Source: Felis catus (lineage: Eukaryota). Taken from it: 64,000 nucleotides of DNA. This document shows, piece after piece, positions 28,179 through 63,391 of this stretch (its first letter is position 1; every line of letters starts with the position of its first letter). The position numbers were made by a program, and so were the translations under genes. The notes under the pieces are model-generated. The model worked only from the letters and a program-made list of their open reading frames with translations, searched no databases and was not told the origin of the DNA. Location of the stretch: NCBI RefSeq assembly GCF_018350175.1, contig NC_058369.1, forward strand, positions 10,170,001 through 10,234,000. Reading direction: 5' to 3'.

Positions 28179-29107
28179 AATGGACTCATTTAAGCTTCCC
28201 AGTAACCCTAGGAGGCTGCGTGGATTATCATCCCCTTCTACAGACGAAGAAACTGAAGCACAGGGCAGTGAAGTCACTTGCTCAGAATTTTACTGTTGGT
28301 CTGGGGCACTGCCAGGATTTGAGCCCAGGTAGCCTCACTCACCTGAGCCAGGATGCCTGGCACACCACAGGACACTAGCCCCTATGTTTGTTATAAACTT
28401 GATACATAGTTTCACTTTCTGTTCTTCAGTAATGGATATAAGCACTATCAAATTGTATCATTTTTTTTCTGTTTGCTTTTTTTTTTTTTTTAATTCCCCC
28501 TCCAACCCAATGGTTTTTTGAGTTTAGCCTTGTTGATACGTTTATTCTTTCTGGTGCCAGATGAATCTACTCCCCTCTCTTTTTCTGGCCCCTGCTGGAG
28601 GAGACTTGGTTTGCAAAGAGCCTTATCTTTTGAGAAACGATCCTTAGTCCCTCCCCTGCTAAGAATCCGTCAGTCGCTCCCACAATCCTCAGGGTCAAGC
28701 TTGAACTCCAGAGACGTGCTGGAACCCCTCCATCCCCACCATCTGCAGCATCTGGAGACTGCCCCCCACTTCAGGTTCGTCAGCACGAAAAACTCCAGCC
28801 ATACCCCATCATGCTCTGTTTGTTCAACCATCTGTTCACCCAGCAGCTACTTACTGAGCCCTTTCCACACGCTAGACACTGTTGTAGGAGCCAGGGACTC
28901 AGCAGAGGACAAGACAGACAATGATCCTTGGGGAGCTGACATCCTGGTTGAGGCAGACAAGTAAAAAAAAATAGAGTTGTATTTACTAAAATTTGCAAGG
29001 AAGAAAAATTGAGCTGTTTGAGGATAAGAATTTGGTAGAGATGGGGTGGGGCCTGTTTTAGGCAGAGATGCAATCAGGGAGGATTTCTCTAAGAAGGCAA
29101 CGTTTGA

Positions 29108-29331
29108 GGGGCGCCTGGGTGGCTCGGTCGGTTGAGCATCCGACTTCGGCTCAGGTCATGATCTCACGGTCCGTGAGTTCGAGCCCCGCGTCGGGCTCTG
29201 TGCTGACAGCTCAGAGTCTGGAGCCTGTTTCGGATTCTGTGTCTCCCTCTCTCTCTGCTCCTCCCCTGTTCATGCTCTGTCTCTCTCTGTCTCAAAAATA
29301 AATAAACGTTAAAAAAATTAAAAAAAAAAAA
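29108..29331 (+). mobile_element. CAN-SINE in L2-like sequence
   Basis: Full SINE; TSD aagaaggcaac(g/a)tttga. Confidence 0.93.
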
Positions 29332-30867
29332 AAGAAGGCAACATTTGAGCGAAAATGGAAATGAAGTGAAGAAGAGAGAATGCGGAGAAGGGAAAGCATT
29401 GCAGGCAGAGAAGACAAGTACAAAGGCCCTGAGGTTGGAATAGGCGGGTTTTTTTTTTTTTTTTTTTGAGGAGCGGTGAGGAGGCCACATGGCCAGAGGG
29501 GCAGGAGCGAGGGGAGCAGAGTGGGAGATCGGGGAGAAGTCAGGACATGCCAGCTTCTCCCTCGCCCACCTCTAGGGCTTTGTCCCTGCTGTTCCTTCAA
29601 TCAGACACCCTTTTCCTCTTTATCTACTTTGCAGTTTCCTAATTGGTCCCTCAATGTCAGCCCTTCTGCCTCTTCCACAGTAGTCCTGGGATACCTTTCT
29701 CCTGACACCCGACACCCTGTCCACTCACTCATTCGGCAAAGACTCATTGAGAATAGGCCAACTGCTGGGCAATTTCAGAGGAGTGACAGTTAAATAAAAT
29801 AGGGCTGTATTTTATAATAAATACAACAGGGCTTGGAAAGGTCTCTCAAGGAGGTGGCATTTCAACAGAGACCTAAATGATCAGAAGAGGCCCGTCTTGG
29901 GGAGATATGATGAAAGGGCACTCCAGACACTGGCTAGTGCAAAGGCCCTGCAGTTGGAAGTGAAGTGAGAATATCTGAGGAAGAGAGGGAAAGCCAGCGT
30001 TGTTGGATGGGGATGAGGGGCGCGGAGGAGGTACCTCTGGACAGGTGGGCAGAGGCCATACAAGACTGCCTTGTAGACCAGGTGAGGGGCGGATGTGTTT
30101 CCTAAGGCCTCCAAAGAACCAGGAACAGGTTGTCCAGCAGGCAGAGGTGGGGAATGGGGTGTGATTTAGGGTTCCTGAGGCCCCGGAGAAGACTGGAGAG
30201 GGGCCAAGAGCAGCTGCGGGGACGTGCCAGTACAGTTATCGTATTCGATTGAGATTGCACAGTAAGTCCCTCGGTCTCCTTGTTTCAAGCCTGCATGCGA
30301 CTCTGTTTACAGTGCCACCAAAGTCCCCAGCGGGCATCGATAAATACTCACTGAATAAATGAATGCTGGGAGTTTGGAGTGAGAATTTGGCAGGGTTCCC
30401 CAGTTCTATCCAGGGAGGGAGTCTGGGACCTGGCAGGCAGCAGAAAGCCCATCCCTGGACACAGTAGCCCAGTCCCTGGGCCAGCCTGGAGCCTAGCTTT
30501 GCCACATCCTCTCCATCGGTGAAATAGTTGGGCTGAAGAATTAGAAGAAGACAGGACAAAGTCTATAGACATCCCAGCTCCAGAGCTGGGGACTTTCCTG
30601 ACACCCCACACTGTGTCCACTCACTCTTTCCACAAAGATGGAGTGCACCTAGGCCAAATTCTGGGCAATTTCAGAGAGGAGTGACAGTTTAAATAAAGAA
30701 AACAGGGCCATGTTTATATATGACAGGGCATGGAAAGGTCTCTCAGAGGAGGTGACATTTAAATGGACACCTAAATGATCAGAAAAGCCTTGGGGAGATG
30801 TGTGCCTCAGTTTCCTCATCTGTAAATTGGGAGCAAAAGAACTACCTCAAAGCATTCTTTAAAAAAA

Positions 30868-31080
30868 ATTTTTTTTTAAACAATATTTATTTGGGAGAGA
30901 GAGAAAGAAAGAGAGAGAGTGGGGGAGGGGCAGAGAGAGAGGGAGACACAGAATCCAAAGCTGGCTCCAGGATTCGAGCTGTCAGCACAGAGCCTGACAT
31001 GGGGCTCAAACTCACAAACAGGGAGATCGTGACCTGAGCCGAATTGGGATGCTTAACCAAATGAGCCACCCAGGCGCCCC
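30868..31080 (-). mobile_element. CAN-SINE
   Basis: Reverse-complement SINE. Confidence 0.92.
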
Positions 31081-32693
31081 TCAAAACGCTCTTTAATTCA
31101 ATTGACAAATGAACGAGGGACAGCCAGGAGGCTGGTGTGGATGGACTAGTGCGCAAGGGGAAGAGATACAGGGAGAGAGAAAAGGGAAGGTGAAGGATGT
31201 AAATCGTGTAGGGCCTGTGGTCTTTGGGTAGGACTTAGGCTTCTACTATAAAGACAGTGGGAGCCATGGAGGGATCTAGGCAGAGGAGGGAGGTGACCAC
31301 ACTCAGGTGTTCACAGGCGTTCTTAGACTGTTGTTTAGGCTGTGGTGGGGAAAATAGACTAGGAGGTAAAGGGTGGAGCTAGGAGACCTGAGAGGAGGCT
31401 ACCGCACTGGTCCAGGTAGGTGGGGGCCGAGGAAGGGGTGAGAAGTGGGCGGATTGGTGTCATTCTCCTCCTCTTCCTTCTTTTTCTTTCTCCGTTAAAA
31501 CACCCCAAATTAAAAAAAAAAAAAAAAAAGAGGAAAGAAAACATCTCTCCCTGGTCTCTAGGTAACCAAAGTATCCTCAGCCCTCGGCGTTTTGGCTGAT
31601 CCCCGGAGGGCGCTAATGTTCAGGCTCAGTCGCCAGGGAGCGCTCCCCGCCCTGAGCCCCAAGGGACCAAGGTTTGGCTCACTCACCGGGTTTCCAAGGG
31701 AGTGCGGGGTCGGCCTCGAGCCAAGCTGCGCGCTCTAGAGACTCCAGAGACCCTGGAGAAGCTCCGAAGAGACCTCCACTCTCCTCCGCTTGGGCACGGG
31801 CCTGCTGCATTTATGGAACGCCACCTGCATGCAACAGCTCTGAAGAAGAGTACGGTCTACATTTTACAGCGGGGAAGATTGAGGCTCAGCAACCGCAGGA
31901 TCCTTCGGGCCCACGGCGAGTCAGTTGTAACAACGGCAATAACATTAAGCATGACAGCCGCTAACGTTTATTAAGCGCTTACTGTGTTCTCAACACTTGG
32001 CACGCACGGTCTCAATTTCATCAACACCGAGGGGTGGGTAGGGTAAATCCCACTTCACAGATGAGGCGCTCTTTGGACGTGGGGCTCCCCCAAGGCATGA
32101 GATGCTGGGATTTGAACCCAAATCTGTCCAGACATTGTCTCCAGGCAAAGGATGGTCCTTCCCAGGAGCCCCGAGCTTGCGAACGAGGGGGGAGATGAAT
32201 TGTTTTTGTGTTTAGAGGGGTCCCGGGAGGCCCAAAGGCCTCTGCCAACCCTCGCCTTAACGTGGCTCAGTCTTTTCTTCGGGTTCCCGCGCGCTCAGAT
32301 GGGGGACACCTGGGCAGGGTGAGGATGCAGAAAGAGGCAAGGGCGGGGGGAGCAGACGGGGTGAATTCGGCCGGGAACGTGGACCGCCCTGCAGCCGAGA
32401 CCCCGCAGCCCCGGGGGCCGCCGGGAGCCGCGCCCCCTCGGCCCCGCCCCCTCCCCGGGCGCCGACCTCGGCGGTCACGTGACCCGGCCCGGCGGCCGCT
32501 GGGGCCGGAGGGCGCGGCGCGCGGACGCGGCGGCCTGGCCAGGCGGGGCCCGAGCGGAGCAGGCCGGAGCGGGCCGCGCGCTGGCGGGGGCTCGCGCCGC
32601 GCCCGCCCCTTCCCCGCCCCGCGCGGGGCGCACGCGCGCTCCTCCTGTTGCCCCTCCCTCCGCGCGGGGACCCCTGGCGGGCGGCGCGAGGAC

Positions 32694-56067
<23,374 letters not shown>

Positions 56068-56788
56068 CCCTCTCCCCTGCCCCTGCCCCTGCCCTGACCA
56101 AGCTCTTAGTAGTTTTTAAAAAGGCCTTTGGGGTTTGCCCCACCCACGCATCCTCTGGCTCCTAATGTGTGCAGTAATGTTGGCATGGGGCGGGGGTGGG
56201 GGAGAGGGGTGTGCTTGGAAGCGGGGAGAGTTGTGGGGGGCAGATCCGATGGGTGGCCAGGGGCATAAAGAGTGACGGGGAGATGCCCTGAGTTTGCATG
56301 GGGCTCGCTTGATGAGGGTTAAGGGAAGGTGGGGACTCTGGGCTATTATAGTGGGGATCGTGCGTTGGCCGGGATGGGACAGACATGGCTCGGAGCTGTG
56401 TTTAGGGACTTTGGAGTTTGGAGGCCCTGATGGGGCGTGGATTGGGGGTAGGGCCTTGAGGATGTGTTGGGGGAGCTCAGGGTCACAATGAGAGAATTGT
56501 TGCTGGGGTCAGTCCGGGCGGTGGCGGGACAAAAAGCGCCCCTGGCGGCTCTGGGTCGGCCAGCCGCTCTGCTCCAGACGGGAGCCCGGGCCCTCGGGCT
56601 GCGGCCGTGGCTTTCTGCGCATGCTCCGGCAGCTCTAACTCCGCGTCTGGCGTGTCTGCGCCTCTGCCTGGCAAGTCCCAGAACTGCACACCCCGAAGGT
56701 TCATGCGGCGCCTCTGTCACCCCCGCGCGGTCACAGGGGCGCTGCAGCCCCGACCGGACACATGCCCTGCGCATGTCCGCAACATGGC

Positions 56789-56794
56789 TTTATT
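56789..56794 (-). terminator. PTGER1 polyadenylation signal AATAAA
   Basis: Plus-strand TTTATT ~80 nt past the PTGER1 stop. Confidence 0.8.
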
Positions 56795-56874
56795 CCCCCG
56801 AGGGCTCAGCGCTGCGGACCCACCTGGGCCCGGCCCGGGATGGTCTGACTCAGCCGCTGGGGCTGTTGGCGCGC

Positions 56875-58643
56875 CTAGAGGTGGCTGAGGCTACTGTGCC
56901 TGGAGCTGCGCAGCGAGCTGGCCTCCCAGGCGCTCTTGGTTAGGCCCAGCCCCGCAGGGCTGCCCTTGGCGCCGGCCCTCGGGGGCAGGAGGCGAAGCAG
57001 TTGGCGCAGCACGGCCTGGCGCAGCAGGATGTACACCCAGGGGTCCAGGATCTGGTTCCACGAAGCGAGGCGCACAGCCAAAAACAGCGGCCGCTGCAGG
57101 GAGCCGGAGCCCCAGCCCCCGACAGCCAGCACCACTAACACCTGCGGGAGAAGCGGGTGTGAGCAGTGGGGCAGGTGTGAGAGAAGGGGGCTGGCCAAGG
57201 GTGGGGCTGGGATGGATGAAGCGTGGCTGGAAAGTAAGGGGGCTGTGAAGAGGAGCAGAGGCTCACCGGGAGGGTAAATGGGAGTCCTGGTGGGAAGGAG
57301 CTCCGGAAGGAGGGAGAAGGTGTGGCGGAAGCAAAGGCCTTCAGCGAGTGGCGGCTCGAGCAAAAAAAGGAGAGAAGTCCCAGGTATCCCGAAAGACAGG
57401 GGACCGAAGGGGGAGAGAAACGGGGCGGCGTGGTGACGGAAGGGGGCTGGGGAGGAGGCTCGAGTGGGTAGGGTGAACTGCAAAGACTCCAGGCAGGAGA
57501 AAGACCAGGGGACTGGGTGGAGGGGTGGGAGATGAGAGGGAGGGACCAAAGGGCGGGCTGCGTGGCACGTGGAGCCTCGAGGGGGTGGGACCGCGGTTGG
57601 AGGACGCAGAGAGAACCCAGGGATCCTAGGATGGAAAAGAGTGGGAGGGATGGGGGGGGGGCAGGAAGGAGCCCGGCCGGAGGGGCGTGTGCGCCCCTCA
57701 CCAGCAGCGGGCTCCAGCAGATGCACGACACCGCCATGATGCCCACGAGCTGGCCCACCATCTCCACATCGTGAGCGCGGGCTCTGCGCGCTGAGCCGCG
57801 GCCCGGGGAGCCGCCGGCGGCCGAAGCTACGGACGAGGCGGACGAGGCGGAGGCCGAGCGGGGCGCGCGCGCCCCCCAGCGACGGCGGCTGTCGGGGCCA
57901 CTCGCCGGAGGACGCCGTCGAGAGCGGCGGCGCCAGCGGGCGCGCAGCAAGGCCAGGCCGCTGAGCGTGTTGCACACGAGCGCCGCGAGCAGAGCGGCCA
58001 GACCGAGGCCGGCGAAGAGGCCGGGGAGCAGCGCCTGGCGCCAGCCGCCCGCCGGGCCCAGGCCGATGAAGCACCACGTGCCCGGGTACTGCAGCTCGTA
58101 GCGGCCCACTCGCGCCAGCGGCAGCAGCGCCACCGCCAAAGCCACGGCGGCCAGCGCGGCCAGCGCCAGGCGCGCGCGGGCCGCCGAGACGCGCGCCGCG
58201 TGCAGTAGCGGCCGCGTGACGCCCACGCAGCGCTCCACGGCCATGCCGCAGCCCAGCAGCAGCGGGCACAGGCCGAAGAACACCATGCAGCCGCCCAGGA
58301 AGTGGCAGGCGCCGCCGGCCGGCGAGCGGCCCGCCGCGTACAGGCGCAGCACCAGGGCTCCGGGGATGACGTGGCCCGCCAGGTCGGTGGCCAGAAGGCT
58401 GGCGACGAACAGCAGGAAGGTGGCAGCCGAGCGGCGGCGCCGCAGGCGGCCCGCGGCCTGCGCCAGCAGCGCCAGCGCCAGCACGTTGGACACGGCGCCC
58501 AGCGTCATGGAGAAGATGGGCAGCGCCGGCGAGGCGCCCGCCCGTCCGGCCGGCGGCCCGGCCGACGCGTTGGGGGCCCCGGGCTCCGCACACATGGTCG
58601 CCTCGCCTGCCAGGCTCAGGTTGAGGGGCCCGCAGAGACTCAT
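56875..58643 (-). CDS. PTGER1: Prostaglandin E2 receptor EP1, complete, 402 aa
   Basis: Coding exons 58643-57702 and 57141-56875, total 1209 nt. MSLCGPLNLSLAG, MAVERC, QYPGTWCF, intron in TM6 (CWSPLL|VLVVL), RLASWNQILDPWVYIL. Confidence 0.97.
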
Positions 58644-59554
58644 GTCAGGTGCCGGGGGTGGGGCTGGGGAGAGGAGAGGAGGGCACGGTGAGGCCGGCCA
58701 GGAGCGCAACGGCCGTCGTCAAGCTGAGCCTAGCGGGTGGCTCCACCTCAGATCGTCGGGACCCATTTGAGGCCACTGGCATTGTCCCGTCGACCCGCTG
58801 CCCGTGGCAACTCCAGGTGACCACGACTGCTCCATTCCCGACCCTTTCTCCTCCTCTGCCCCATCAGCCCGTCTCTTGCTCCCCGCCTGCTCTGTCCACC
58901 CCGGTTCCTCCGGCTCCAGCCTTCCTCCGGGTCCGTGTCCCCACCTCTGGGCCCCACAGATCCACCGCTGGCACCCACCTCCCGTTTTTACACCACGGCC
59001 AATTCCCGGCCTCTGGCTCCGTCCGATGCCCACTGACCCATTTCTGACCCCAGGGCCCACCTGCCCTCACTGCCCTTTCCTGACGATCACCAGGTCACCT
59101 TTGGTCCAGTCCCACGTTTGATGCTCACAGCCCCACCTCTGCCGCCAGGCGCACATCTCTCCCCACCGCGTTGTCCTTTTCCCCAAGGCCACGTCTCTGT
59201 CCCTACAGTCCCTGTCCCCCCACACTGCAACCTCAGAGACCTGTTACTGGGTCACCCTGGCCCTACCCCCGACCACAGCCGCCCGGATGCCCCACGGTGC
59301 CGTTCCTGCCAGCTCCACGTCCCTGCCCCAAAGGCCTCAAGGCGGACCCAGCACCACCCTTCTCTGGATGCCCTGGTGGTGAGGGCTGAGAGGGCAGAAC
59401 TGCCTGCCGGCCAGGTGGGGAGGGTGGATGGACAGATGGTAAGACGGACAGGGACAGACCGACGGGGCTGAGAGTCAAGAACATGGGAGCCACGGCCCCA
59501 TCCTTCCAAGCCCCCCTCCCCCACCAGGGACACTCTTGCCCCCCCTTTTCTTAC

Positions 59555-59700
59555 CCACTCAGCTTGGGGCTCCAGGCCCCCATAGCCTGCTGCCGGCTGC
59601 ACGCGCCGCCCCAGAGCTCTGCGCACCAGAGCTCTCCGGCAAGCAGGCAGGAAGGCAGGCCGCTCCCTCTCCCTCCCTCCTAGGGCGGCTCCTCAGCTCC
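59555..59700 (-). other. PTGER1: Probable PTGER1 non-coding exon 1 (TSS approximate)
   Basis: Donor TGG|GTAAGA at 59555/59554 in GC-rich sequence; the exon 2 acceptor is at 58663. Confidence 0.5.
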
Positions 59701-60174
59701 TGGCCTCCTCCCGCTGCCCTCTCCGGCCTCCAGGGGCCTCTCCGACCACCCCATCTCCCCAGCTCAGCCATCCCATCTCGTGCCCGCAGGGAGCCTGGGG
59801 TGACAGTGACCTCTCTCTCTGCTCCTGGCAACGGGCAGCGGCCACTCAGAACCCCAGCTGCCCCACCAGGAAGGGGGCTCCCGGGGAGCTGGCCTGGTCC
59901 CCCATGACTCCCTCCCCCTGGCAGGGCGGGAATAGCCCTCTCCACCCTCCCCCCCCCCCCCCGCCCCCAGGCGCGGGCCTTTTGCCTGCCTCATTAATAA
60001 AGTGGATAAAATCTAAACACTGGAAAATGTGAGCATCGCCCAGGGCGGGCTGGGGCGGCTGCAGGGGGTGCCACTGCCTCCGTGGAGACGGCCAGGTTGT
60101 GGGGGCTAGCCCTGCTGGGAGGCAGCAACACCCTCCTGTCTTGCCAAAGCCTTCATGGATGCTGGGGCGGTGGG

Positions 60175-60205
60175 GGTGGCGGTGGCGGTGGCGGTGGCGG
60201 TGGCG
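60175..60205. repeat. (GGTGGC)5 hexamer repeat upstream of PTGER1
   Basis: ggtggcggtggcggtggcggtggcggtggc read directly. Confidence 0.85.
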
Positions 60206-61965
60206 GGCAATGCCTCGGGCAGACCAGCTTGGATCAGGCCCAGCCTGGCCTGGAGACCCGCCCACTATTTACACAGGGGCTTAAAGCCCAAGCCAGGGCC
60301 AGCGGGCGAGTCATGGGAGGGGGAGTGGGGGAGGCTGAAGGCGGGCTGGGGAACCAAGATGCCTGGTGAGCAGGGGACCATCTCCTGGGACTCACAAGTC
60401 CCAAGCCACCTGTGGACACATGACGGCGACCTCCCCTCCTGCCCTGAGAAGCAGGGGACACACACACACACACACACAGTCTCCCATCCTAAAACAACAC
60501 AATCATACCCCTTAACACCCTGAGATCAGATACTGTCAACTCTGTCCCCAGCACAGCAGCAGCCACGTTCCTCAAAGCCTTGGGGTCACCTGTTGTCCTA
60601 CCCGTGAACTCACTGAGTGTCACCCCCAGAGATGCCCCGACAGTCACTGGCTCAGACTTCTCCCAACGCGCTGAAATGCAGGCCCCTTAGCGCTGTGGGA
60701 CCCAGTCTCAGCACTGAGACAGCCACAGTCTGTATCACCCGGAGACACCCCCTCACAGTCCGAGACGGGCCCACAGGTACACTGCACGCACCCAAGACAC
60801 AATGGGTTGCACCTCCTGGACATCCTGGGATCTAGCTGGTCAACACCTACCCCGCAAACAGAAAAGCGCAGGGACACCCTCGCTCGCGGCCTCGGCCACG
60901 TCGAGACGCGCCTCCTCGGCCGCCCTCCACACAGAGGTGCCGCCAGTTACACCCACAGACACCCGGGAACACGGAGACAGTCACGTTCTTCCCTCAGCAG
61001 AGTCACAGACGGCCAAGTCCCCGAGAGACACAGTCGTACTCTCGAAACACGGAGGCGCGACCCGAGCTGTTTACCAGCACGGACACAGGGGGCACCCGTG
61101 GGTGTTGGGACCCCAACATCAGCCGTCTCCGTCCCACCCCAAGAACACAACTGCGGGCCGCGCGCACACCCCAGGCCCAGCCGGTCCTCCCAGCTGCCCT
61201 TTCCTGGGCAGGCCCCTCACCCTCTTGTTGGAAATAGGGATGGAAGAGGGGAGCGGGCTGAGCTCACACATTCCTGCCGGGACCTCTGGCCTGGCCCCCC
61301 TTGCTTCAATTCCTGCCCTTCCCTCCAGGTCTGGCCGGGGTCCCACCCCCCTTCCTTGATCCCCACTCAAATCCTTGAGGATGAAGTGGGTTGTCAAAAC
61401 AAGCACGCGGGGTTTATGTCCAGTGCAAAACATGGTGCACCGTGGACGCCAGCGGACCCCACACGTCCAGAGCGGGCAGGAGCGGGGGCTCCGTCATGAA
61501 TGCTCCCCTCGGTCTTGGGGGGCAGGGCTCCTGCCCACAGCATTTGCCCTGGCAGGCCTCCATCTTGGGCCCGCCATCTTTCTTTTCCCAAGCCAGGCTT
61601 CCACACCCCTCCGGGCCCTGGTGCTCCCCACGGCCCCGGGCTGCGACGGGCTGTAGCCCGCAGTCTTGCGCCCACGGCTCGCCTCAGGCTTGAGGTGGCG
61701 GGAGCTTCGTTCAAGAGGGAGCAAGACTTGAACCCCAGTAGGCCGAGAAGCTCCGGCCTTTGACAGGAAGCCTGGTGGCCCACGGCCAGAAGCCTCGTCA
61801 GGCAGAACGGGTGTGGGGGGCGGGGGGAGGGTGGCCCAGGCAGGCTCCTAATTCAATTTGGAGCCTGAAGGGGATGGATTTCAGCTGCTACATTCTTTCC
61901 CAGCCTTGGCTCACCCCCTTCTCCCACCCCGAAGCCGCCACACAGGTCCAACGGCAGATAGATTC

Positions 61966-61971
61966 TTTATG
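61966..61971 (-). terminator. Probable GIPC1 polyadenylation signal, variant CATAAA
   Basis: Plus-strand TTTATG ~625 nt past the stop in an AT-richer patch; no canonical hexamer seen nearby. Confidence 0.45.
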
Positions 61972-62595
61972 TTCAAGACAGCAAATTCAGATACAAAAGC
62001 CCCCCGCCATCCTCCCTCCTGCCCCTTCTGTCCGGGGCTGGGCTGAGGGAGACACAGGGGGCAGGGGAGGGAGGGAGGTTGGGGGGTTCACAGCAGACTA
62101 GTATTTCAAATGCAGAGGTAACAGACTCCACAGCGAGGGGGTTCCTCTGGGGGAGGGGCGCGGAGGGGGAGGGCGTTATTGCATTTGCTGAGGGGGGATG
62201 CCCCCCTTCTGCATTCCCTGCAGCAGGAAACTAGGGAGGTCACGACCCCCAAAACAGGCCCCAGGGAGACAGAGGGACCAGTTTGGCAGCTGATGCGGAA
62301 AGTGTTGCGGGCGGGGGTGGACGCCCAATCTGGCTGGTCCCTCCCCGCGCCCGGCCCGGCTGAGGTAGGTGGGGAACAGGGCAAGGGGGGACCGGGGACC
62401 CCACCCAGGGCAGGAGCTGGGGAGGGGTGGTACCGATTGGAGTGGGGCAGGGGCCTGGCCCCACCTCCACTCTGCATCATCCTCGGGCTGCTGAGCCAGG
62501 TCCAAGCCGGATGCTGGGGGTCCAGGCCACGGTGTCCCTCCCATAGGGGGCTCCCACCAAGCGGAGCCAGGTCACTGAGAGGTCTGGAGGGAGGC

Positions 62596-63391
62596 CTAGA
62601 AGCGGCCGACCTTGGCATCCCCAATGGCACCCCAGACGTCAAAGACAAACTCATCAGGGAAGGCAAAGTCACCGAGCCGTTCGTCCAGGGCCTCCGCCAG
62701 CTCATCCGGGTTCCTCTTGTCCTTTCCGAGCTCCACCATGGTGGCCGCTGGACAAGGGTAGGGGGCGGAATGGAAGCACAGATGGCAGAGGTACCCAGGA
62801 GACACCCAGCCCCGCAGGGCCTAGAAGCCCCTCCCCCAAACTCGCACCCATCCCCAGATCTAGGTGTCCCCACTCACCCAACTCCGTGTCCCGGATGCCC
62901 ATGTAACTCTCCAGAAGGTCATCTACCTTCTCAATGGCCTTCTCCTCAAAGGCTGAGGGCTGGGGGGTGGGTAGAAGGAGGGACAGCGACACCACAGTGA
63001 TGTGAATTCGTTTACCATCGTACTTACTGAGTGCCGCACGATCTTTTCACCACTTCCCGTGTATTAAGCCACGGCTCATCCTCACCACAACCCTGGGTGT
63101 TATCGTCCCATTTTACACACAAGGAAACTGAGGCCCACTTGCCCAGCAAAAGTCCCAGAGCTGGGATGTGGCAGAGGTAGATGATACATCTAGTGCTCCG
63201 AGGTCCTCAGCTAACAAAGGATGCGGCCACCTATGGGTGCGCAGGGAAGGAGGGAGCGGGCTGGGCTAGAGCACTCACCACATCCTCTACTGTGGCGGGG
63301 CCGCGGGATCTGAGCCGGAGGGTCCCTCGGCCAGTGCCCAGCTGGGGGCCAGAGCCAGGGCGGCCACCCCCTGAGCGTACGCTGATCATGT
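62596..63391 (-). CDS. GIPC1: GIPC PDZ adaptor 1, last three coding exons (GH2 region); 5' part lies outside the window
   Basis: Exons 63391-63279 (MISVRSGG..GTGRGTLRLRSRGPATVEDV), 62959-62878 (PSAFEEKAIEKVDDLLESYMGIRDTEL) and 62747-62596 (..DFAFPDEFVFDVWGAIGDAKVGRF*). Confidence 0.96.

Noticed and set aside
56875..58593. 572-aa ORF on minus as a novel protein
   Set aside because: It is an alternative frame of GC-rich PTGER1 exon 2 running through the intron into the true exon 3 frame; only the last 88 aa are real.
62179..63000. 273-aa plus-strand ORF
   Set aside because: Antisense shadow of GIPC1 exons and its GC-rich 3' UTR with no recognisable domain.
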